64,000 bases of DNA from a bacterium. Lineage in GTDB: Bacteria > Hinthialibacterota > Hinthialibacteria > Hinthialibacterales > Hinthialibacteraceae. Every line of letters starts with the position of its first letter. The stretch's first letter is position 1. Where the stretch lies: positions 480,001 through 544,000 of the forward strand of contig CAXXMV010000008.1 in NCBI GenBank assembly GCA_963662285.2, given 5' to 3'. Positions 57,601-64,000 of the stretch are shown here, in pieces. Made by a program: the position numbers and the translations under genes. Below the pieces are notes generated by a model. It did no database searches and was not told the DNA's origin. It saw only the letters and a list, made by a program, of their open reading frames with translations.

Positions 57601-58659
57601 ATGCCGAATGAATATTTCATCGTTTTCATTATCAGTGCTTTAACATCGTTGGTCATGACTCCGCTCATGCGGCGGCTGGCCGCCGTATTGGATATCACCG
57701 ATCATCCATCAGAGCGGAAAATCCATACACGTCCCATACCATATTTAGGCGGCTTGGCCTTTCATTTCTCTATGACAGCGGCGCTGCTGTTTATTTTTAT
57801 TCGTGCGCCTTACATGCTTGGCATACAGATATCGCCCCGTCAATTACTGGCGCTTTATTTTACCGCAATGGGTTTCCAAGTATTGGGAATCTATGACGAT
57901 ATCCGGCCAGTGGCGCCCAGAGTCAAATTATTTTTTCAAGCCTTACTGGCGTTTATGCTGGTTCGTGAAGGTTTCCTGATAGATCAAATGACCAATCCAT
58001 TAGGCGGAACCATTCCTCTGGGCTGGCTGGGATGGGCGGTTTCAATTCTGTGGATTCTGACCATCGTCAACGCCATCAATTTCATTGACGGTCTTGACGG
58101 TTTGGCTGCGGGGATAGTCTTTTTCGCCGCTTTGGCCAATTTCGTTATTGCGCTGCACCCCTGGCAGAATTTCATCTGCATCATTTCGCTTATACTAATG
58201 GGCGCCACCCTGGGCTTTTTGCCCTATAATTTCTCCCCGGCCAGGATATTCATGGGCGACGCGGGCAGTCTTTATCTTGGAGTATTGATAGCCGGATCGT
58301 CGCTAGTCAGCAATACCAAAGGCGCCACAGTCATGTCTCTGTCGCTGCCGCTGGTTATTTTGTCCATCCCCTTACTGGATACCACATTGACGGTAATCCG
58401 CCGGGGTCAGAGAGGGCTGAAATTCTTCACCGCCGACCGGGAGCATATTCACCACCGGGTATTGCGGCTGGGTTTCACCGATCGGCAGGCGGTTCTGTCG
58501 ATCTATGGCTTATGTTTTCTACTGGCCATGTCGGCTATTCTGGCCGATCAGCTGCCGGAGCAATATAAACTGATTTTTATGTTTGTATTTTTAACCGCTA
58601 TCGCGTGGGGATTCTGGATATTCTCAGCGTTAGAAGAGAGAGTCATAACGAAAAAGTAA
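57601..58659 (+). CDS. wecA: Undecaprenyl-phosphate GlcNAc-1-phosphate transferase (WecA/TagO, GT4-MraY family)
   Basis: RKIH..PIPYLGG, YDD, NAINFIDGLDGL, IFMGDAGS, DREHIHH. Confidence 0.9.
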   Translation: MPNEYFIVFIISALTSLVMTPLMRRLAAVLDITDHPSERKIHTRPIPYLGGLAFHFSMTAALLFIFIRAPYMLGIQISPRQLLALYFTAMGFQVLGIYDDIRPVAPRVKLFFQALLAFMLVREGFLIDQMTNPLGGTIPLGWLGWAVSILWILTIVNAINFIDGLDGLAAGIVFFAALANFVIALHPWQNFICIISLILMGATLGFLPYNFSPARIFMGDAGSLYLGVLIAGSSLVSNTKGATVMSLSLPLVILSIPLLDTTLTVIRRGQRGLKFFTADREHIHHRVLRLGFTDRQAVLSIYGLCFLLAMSAILADQLPEQYKLIFMFVFLTAIAWGFWIFSALEERVITKK

Positions 58660-58731
58660 AAAACGGTTTTCATGGTCAGAATAATTTTGTGGTTTTTTGA
58701 TGGGTCGATAAGGCTAACTCATCAACATTGG

Positions 58732-59865
58732 CTAGTGCAAGTCCTCATAAAACGATGCGGCGGATTGAGTTGATTTGCTTTGTTGGAACAACCATTGATA
58801 TAACCCAGGATAGGTAAGTGCATGCATAACGCAATCATGACCAACATCGGGAAAAACAGTGTATTTAACATTGCCTCCCAGCGCCCGTAGATTATTAACG
58901 GTTTCAGCATCCCACGCTTCAGGGACAACACTGTCTTTGGCGCCATGAAAGGCCCAGACCGGGACGGATACCAGAGGTTCCAAATTAACCGCTGGTATCG
59001 AATAACCTGCATCAGTAGCCGCCACTCCGGCGCCGCAGATGGGAACCGCAGCGGCGATCAATTCTGGATAAGCGCTGGCAAAACTCCATGTGCCAAATCC
59101 TCCCATGCTGCCTCCAAATATATAAATCCGCTTTGTATTAATACTTAATTTCGATGTTAATTCAGTAACTGTTTCATTCAAGCGACGATCCGACCACACT
59201 GCACTATAACAATATGGAATCACAATAACGCATTCAAATAATTGAGGAAATTTTTCCCGATTTGATGGATTACTTACCAATTGCAGCGGCCCTCCATTTC
59301 TTAGAACATTCATTTCTTCTGATAGAGGGCCTCCATGCAACCATATAATTATAGGCCATTCTTTTTCTATGGTCTTGTAATCCTCAGGTACATATAACCA
59401 ATAGTTATATGATAATTCAGAATTAATCGGGACTTGTTCCCCTGGAGTAGGTTTGGGATATAACAAAATCTTGGTTCCAGTAATCTCTACTTCATCCACT
59501 TTGCCGGAAAAAACTCCATCCCGGTCGGCATTGGTCGGCGACTTAAGAAAATACTTAATGGTTTTTTCTCCAGTAAATTCGGTTAAATTCCATGTGATTT
59601 TTCCGTCAACTCTGGAGCCGTCATTCATTACTCGAGTGATCGTCCAACCTACCGGTGGTTGTTCTATTACGGTGATAGAACCTGGATCGCCTGATATAGT
59701 GATCGAGACGATAATGGGTTCTCCCTGGAGAAAATATTCATCGATCGCGCCTGACAATGTTCGCGTTGCTTGTACGTCGCCTTGGGCAGTAATTTCTACG
59801 AAAAAAAATGTCAGGAAAAATGTAATTACCAGAAAATGGATTCGCATCATAATATCCTTTTGCAT
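58732..59865 (-). CDS. Secreted alpha/beta-hydrolase (predicted esterase/peptidase) with N-terminal Ig/cohesin-like domain
   Basis: Signal peptide; YWLYVP, IWLHG, GGSMGGFG nucleophile, FHGAKDSVVP, GHD; ends SAASFYEDLH. Confidence 0.85.
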   Translation of the reverse strand: MQKDIMMRIHFLVITFFLTFFFVEITAQGDVQATRTLSGAIDEYFLQGEPIIVSITISGDPGSITVIEQPPVGWTITRVMNDGSRVDGKITWNLTEFTGEKTIKYFLKSPTNADRDGVFSGKVDEVEITGTKILLYPKPTPGEQVPINSELSYNYWLYVPEDYKTIEKEWPIIIWLHGGPLSEEMNVLRNGGPLQLVSNPSNREKFPQLFECVIVIPYCYSAVWSDRRLNETVTELTSKLSINTKRIYIFGGSMGGFGTWSFASAYPELIAAAVPICGAGVAATDAGYSIPAVNLEPLVSVPVWAFHGAKDSVVPEAWDAETVNNLRALGGNVKYTVFPDVGHDCVMHALTYPGLYQWLFQQSKSTQSAASFYEDLH

Positions 59866-59937
59866 TAATCGCGCAGATCAGATTTTTATAAACATCGTAA
59901 TCCTCTTACAAAGGGTGAGGCATAATCCTTCACCCGG

Positions 59938-60741
59938 TTATAGGCGATCCAGATCATTCTGAACCCGGCGACTCCTTAAATAGAGAACGCCAATAACAAC
60001 AATAAACACTATCAGGACAGCCCAGATAAACCGCACAATCTGAAGATCGCTATCCCAATAGAATTGCTCATACTCTTTCTTTTCGGGCATCTGAATTGAT
60101 GCAGCAACTTTTTGAACGCCGGATTGCGGCAAGTTAATTTCGATGTTAATCGATTCAGTAGCGGGGAAATATCCTTTATCCGCCATAGCGGGAAAGTCGA
60201 ATTTAGTCACATCCTTATAAGGAATATGCCCACTATATTTCACTCCACCTTGGGTGGAGAATCCCACTTGCTTCCAACCGGGAATAACCAACAGGCTATC
60301 ATCTTTATAATTTAGCGGCACAGTGGCTTGCCGGGGTATATCAGCAGGAATGGAACATTTGTAGGCGATATCTATCTTAATGACGCTCATGCCATTATGT
60401 CCATACGACTCATAAGCGTCTCCCTGGACGAATTGCAATTCAAGTTTCGTCTGACCGATAACAAGCGTTTGATTGTTGGCATATTTCTGCGCCGCAGTAT
60501 TAACATACTCATCACGCTCTTGATCGGTAATAGTTCCATCTTTATCAGCATCAAGCATACGAACCGCTAAAGCAGTAGGATTCTTACCAAGCAATAATTC
60601 ATAAATAATCACCAGATTATCGGGAGTTAAGGTTATATGGGCGTAACGATCAATGCTGTCCGGGTGTAAAGCATGGCTACAGACGTTAAGCGTTGGCAGC
60701 AGAAGGGGGAACAATAACAGAAGTAATTTATGTATTTTCAT
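59938..60741 (-). CDS. Exported protein with N-terminal His motif, EF-hand-like loop and C-terminal TM anchor
   Basis: Signal peptide then HALHPD; DADKDGTITDQE loop; C-terminal TM followed by RSRR. Resembles domains fused to Ni/Co transporters (inference). Confidence 0.6.
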   Translation of the reverse strand: MKIHKLLLLLFPLLLPTLNVCSHALHPDSIDRYAHITLTPDNLVIIYELLLGKNPTALAVRMLDADKDGTITDQERDEYVNTAAQKYANNQTLVIGQTKLELQFVQGDAYESYGHNGMSVIKIDIAYKCSIPADIPRQATVPLNYKDDSLLVIPGWKQVGFSTQGGVKYSGHIPYKDVTKFDFPAMADKGYFPATESINIEINLPQSGVQKVAASIQMPEKKEYEQFYWDSDLQIVRFIWAVLIVFIVVIGVLYLRSRRVQNDLDRL

Positions 60742-60788
60742 TCTATCCCAAGATTAAACAACATTTTAATTTGGATTATCAAAACGCA

Positions 60789-62099
60789 TTATTCAGACTC
60801 AACAGACCGGAAAAGCAGTCCAGTAGGTATTTTTGGATAAAAATCGGTGGATTTCTGCGGCATGCGTACATTATACTGCGACACATCATAAACGGTTTGA
60901 GGAGAAAGCCCGCCAAGCAGAAAGGCCGCTTGAGCTTCACCCGATTTCACCAGGGATATTGCGTTTTCCTCACCCCGGACATATTTGGTAATTGATTGCA
61001 AATCCTCGGCTGCAAGCCCTAAACACGACTCAAATATAAAATTATGCAAAATAGAGACATTCAAACGCCTTAAAGGCGCTTCCAAAGCCTGTAAAGAGGA
61101 AGGTTCCGCATCAGGCTTGAATTTGATCAATAAACTCCGGTCATCGCCAATCACGGCAATGGTCTGTTGATGTTCAGGTTGCGCTAACATATCGCGCAGT
61201 GCAGAACCATTACAATCGGTTAGTTCTTCAATATCACAATAGGGAGCGGCTTTTGACTTTATCTGCTCCATCCAGCCATCCGGCGCTTTTTTCAACACCC
61301 GGTGCGTCGGGAGTACCAATAATCCAGGGCTGTTCATGGGGACAATCAATGCCATTACGCTGCCCCAAGGTTGATTATCAGGATTTAGACCAGTTTGCTC
61401 CATCATCTGGCGCTTATAATTCTGAGAGGTTTCATATCGATGATGCCCATCTGCAATAACCAGGATCAAACTGTTGATATATTGCTGGACGGCTTGAACT
61501 GCATCAGCATCTGAAATGGGTAATAATTCATGCTTCTGACCATCCAGACCATTAAACGAAACCAATGGTTCACCTGTTTGAGTTAGAATACCATTCCATG
61601 AGTCATACTCGCCATCAGCTATTAAGAAAATAGGTGAAAGATTTGAATGCGAGGCGTTAATCAAGCGTAAACGATCCGCTTTGGGGCCTTCAAAAGTTCT
61701 TTCATGCGACAAAGGAGCATCATTATCATCCAACTTAAGTGATACAAACAATCCGGTTCGCGTATAAGGTTGATCCATATAAGTATATGTCTGACGATAT
61801 ACGTAAAATTGGCAGGGATCAGTTTGCAATACTCCATTCTCTCGCCAGGCGCGATATTGGGCGGCGGCTGACTGATACCAGTCTCCAGATTCAGATTCGG
61901 TAGATTGAGTGGCTACATCAACATCAGAATCACCAGGCGGTGGAAGAATCAGGCGCACAACATTTTTATCATGCTGATTCCATAATATCTTACGATCTTC
62001 CGCCGAGATATTATCATAGGGCTGTGAAATAACCGAAGCCAAATTATCGAAGCAATCCAGGTTATACCGAATTCCGGGAAAAGGTGATACATTAGCCAT
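60789..62099 (-). CDS. DUF1015-family protein
   Basis: PFPGIRY, SQPYD, SHERT, IADGHHRYET, LPTHR, MPQKSTDFYPK..TGL. Confidence 0.9.
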   Translation of the reverse strand: MANVSPFPGIRYNLDCFDNLASVISQPYDNISAEDRKILWNQHDKNVVRLILPPPGDSDVDVATQSTESESGDWYQSAAAQYRAWRENGVLQTDPCQFYVYRQTYTYMDQPYTRTGLFVSLKLDDNDAPLSHERTFEGPKADRLRLINASHSNLSPIFLIADGEYDSWNGILTQTGEPLVSFNGLDGQKHELLPISDADAVQAVQQYINSLILVIADGHHRYETSQNYKRQMMEQTGLNPDNQPWGSVMALIVPMNSPGLLVLPTHRVLKKAPDGWMEQIKSKAAPYCDIEELTDCNGSALRDMLAQPEHQQTIAVIGDDRSLLIKFKPDAEPSSLQALEAPLRRLNVSILHNFIFESCLGLAAEDLQSITKYVRGEENAISLVKSGEAQAAFLLGGLSPQTVYDVSQYNVRMPQKSTDFYPKIPTGLLFRSVESE

Positions 62100-62103
62100 G
62101 ATT

Positions 62104-63999
62104 TTAATCCAAGTTCGTAAACAACAGTTCGTTTCTGGAAGGTTGCTGATCAAACAAAATAAACCGGTTTATCTCATTCCGGTATGGTCGTAGTGAATCT
62201 TGACCGTGGATAGGGCAATGGTCAAGCGGTTCAGTTCCGATTGCAAATGGAAGTTGCTTGGTAAACGCGCATTCGGGCGAGGCGATGGCGCCGCTTTTTG
62301 TGCAAATTGTGTGAAATTTTATATTAGAGGGAGGTTCAATTTCACCGAATAATTCTGGACGAACCTCATAGGCCTGCTTCATAAAATCGATCCAGACCGG
62401 TAAGGCTACTTTCGATCCGGTCATAGTTTTACCCAGAGAAAACTGGGGATCATCGTAGCCCAGATAAACTATACATAAAATATCTTTGGAATAACCCGCA
62501 AACCAGGCATATTTGCAATCATCTGTAGTTCCGGTTTTACCTACGCAGTAAAATGGTAAATCTTTAGCAGGCTTGCCGGTTCCCTCTAACACCACATTGC
62601 GCATCATGTAAGTGACCAGATAGGCCGTTTCCGGAGTTATTCGTTGTTGAGAAGCATCATGCGGATCAAACTCATAGAGTAGATTATTAAATTCCTGACG
62701 TCCATCGCGCCGCTGATAGACTTTATCCACCATGTGCAGCCGGACAAAATTTCCGTGATTAGCCAGTACGCTATATGCTTGAGCCAGTTGAAATGGCGTT
62801 GTCCCTGATGATCCCAGAGCAATAGTTAAATCGGGTTGTTCAACATACAGGTCAAAAACATGACGGCAAAAATTACGGAAATCACGGATGCCGGATTCAC
62901 GGGAATCTTTATAATTATCCAATAGCCAGATAGTGGCGGCATTGAGTGATTCCACCAGGGTGAAATTCATAGTCACCGGGCCAAAATACTCGTCCTTATA
63001 ATTTCTCGGCGTCCAACCTTTCCAATACTCTTTCTTTTCATCCTGAAGGATGGAAGCGATATTCCATTTTTTATCAGCATCAGATAATACAGCAGCCATC
63101 AACAAAGGCTTAAACGCGCTTCCTGGTTGGATGCCGCTTGCCTGGGTGGTGCGGATAAAATTGCCTGCATTAGATTTGTCGTTAAAATCATATCCGCCAA
63201 CATCAGCCAGAATCTCTCCGGTTGAAGGGCGTACGGCAATCAATGCGCCTTGTACATGCTTGTCATTGGCTAACTGAAAAACAACTTGATCATCCTGCTT
63301 GACCGCTTTGACGCTGATGTAGTTTTTTTCCTTAAACAGGTCGAACTCATCATACCAGGTCTTATCCTGCTCGATTTCAACATGAAAAGGCCCCTTCCCT
63401 CCCCGCACGTTAGGAATGGAAACATCCACCACATCGGCCATGGGACTGCAATCGGCTACAATTCTTGCATCATATTCAGCGCCGACTTTAATAACCGAAG
63501 GTCCGTTTTGGTTCGCTCCCTTATATCCAGGAGCGCCCCAACCTTTACCCCCGCCGGGGCGCTTACGCTGCTCTTGATCGACAATCCCTTTTCGTAACGC
63601 AGATTCAGCAATCTCCTGCATGGCCACATTCAAGGTTGATTCGATATCAACACCCTGCTCGAAAATATCGATGGGGATGCCGCCGGGCGTCTCAATCTGC
63701 TTGTTGAAGAACTTGCGCCGCACTGCCTCGGAAAAATAGGGGTACAAGGCTAGTTGCTTCCTACGGGCGCCTTGGGTATTTAAGTTGAATTTTTCGTTTT
63801 TAGCCTGCTGATACTCTTCTTCAGTTATATAGCCCCGCCTGAGCATTACCTGTAAAACTATATTGGTGCGTCTTTGAGCAGATTCGGGATTTCGAGTGGG
63901 TGAATAAGCATTGGGGCCTTGCAGCATGCCGGCAAATAAGGCGCACTCTTTCAAATTGAGTTCTGAGGTATCTTTACCGAAATAATAATCCGCCGCCGC
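62104..63999 (-). CDS. mrcA: Class A penicillin-binding protein 1A (5'-truncated by window edge)
   Basis: AAADYYFGK...LNLKECALFAGM transglycosylase end; QPGSAFKP (SxxK), SLN and GKTGT transpeptidase motifs. Confidence 0.92.
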   Translation of the reverse strand, partial: AAADYYFGKDTSELNLKECALFAGMLQGPNAYSPTRNPESAQRRTNIVLQVMLRRGYITEEEYQQAKNEKFNLNTQGARRKQLALYPYFSEAVRRKFFNKQIETPGGIPIDIFEQGVDIESTLNVAMQEIAESALRKGIVDQEQRKRPGGGKGWGAPGYKGANQNGPSVIKVGAEYDARIVADCSPMADVVDVSIPNVRGGKGPFHVEIEQDKTWYDEFDLFKEKNYISVKAVKQDDQVVFQLANDKHVQGALIAVRPSTGEILADVGGYDFNDKSNAGNFIRTTQASGIQPGSAFKPLLMAAVLSDADKKWNIASILQDEKKEYWKGWTPRNYKDEYFGPVTMNFTLVESLNAATIWLLDNYKDSRESGIRDFRNFCRHVFDLYVEQPDLTIALGSSGTTPFQLAQAYSVLANHGNFVRLHMVDKVYQRRDGRQEFNNLLYEFDPHDASQQRITPETAYLVTYMMRNVVLEGTGKPAKDLPFYCVGKTGTTDDCKYAWFAGYSKDILCIVYLGYDDPQFSLGKTMTGSKVALPVWIDFMKQAYEVRPELFGEIEPPSNIKFHTICTKSGAIASPECAFTKQLPFAIGTEPLDHCPIHGQDSLRPYRNEINRFILFDQQPSRNELLFTNLD

Positions 64000-64000
64000 C

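Noticed and set aside
62200-62320. Cys/His cluster at the PBP1A C-terminus (ICTKSG...EC...HCPIH)
   Set aside because: A similar tail is common in class A PBPs, so it is not novel.
6237-63597. Numerous antisense or nested ORFs of 60-215 aa in the ORF track
   Set aside because: They lie within well-supported genes on the other strand or frame and show no motifs.

Overview
Bacterial chromosomal window (moderate GC, no rRNA, tRNA, CRISPR, integrase or transposase seen) with about 45 genes. Housekeeping genes are argC, mnmE, bioB, nadD, proA, sppA, wecA, a cold-shock protein and a partial PBP1A; many other genes encode Sec- or Tat-exported proteins, suggesting a PVC-like or candidate-phylum heterotroph (inference). 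Three things stand out. (1) A 12.3-kb minus-strand cluster (26706-39021) has the parts list of hydrazine synthase: an HZS-alpha-like protein plus a decaheme fusion of two c554-like domains, a YVTN propeller and a CCP/MauG diheme domain. It also carries Rid/chorismatase-like, CRTAC1, propeller and two orphan LivJ-like genes. (2) Three or four unrelated secreted proteins share a short C-terminal tag ([STA]-[SAG]-hydrophobic-x-x-W-x-L-[YF]), and a large PorU/gingipain-like C25 peptidase is in the same window, suggesting an undescribed C-terminal sorting system. (3) An inverted, about 88%-identical duplication of a Tat Gfo/Idh/MocA gene, including its promoter and terminator, flanks a 23-kb segment. 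There is also a poly-T frameshift in an AT-rich GT-C-like gene, and at least five families of REP/MITE-like palindromes fill the intergenic spaces. All calls come from reading motifs by eye; no database searches were run.
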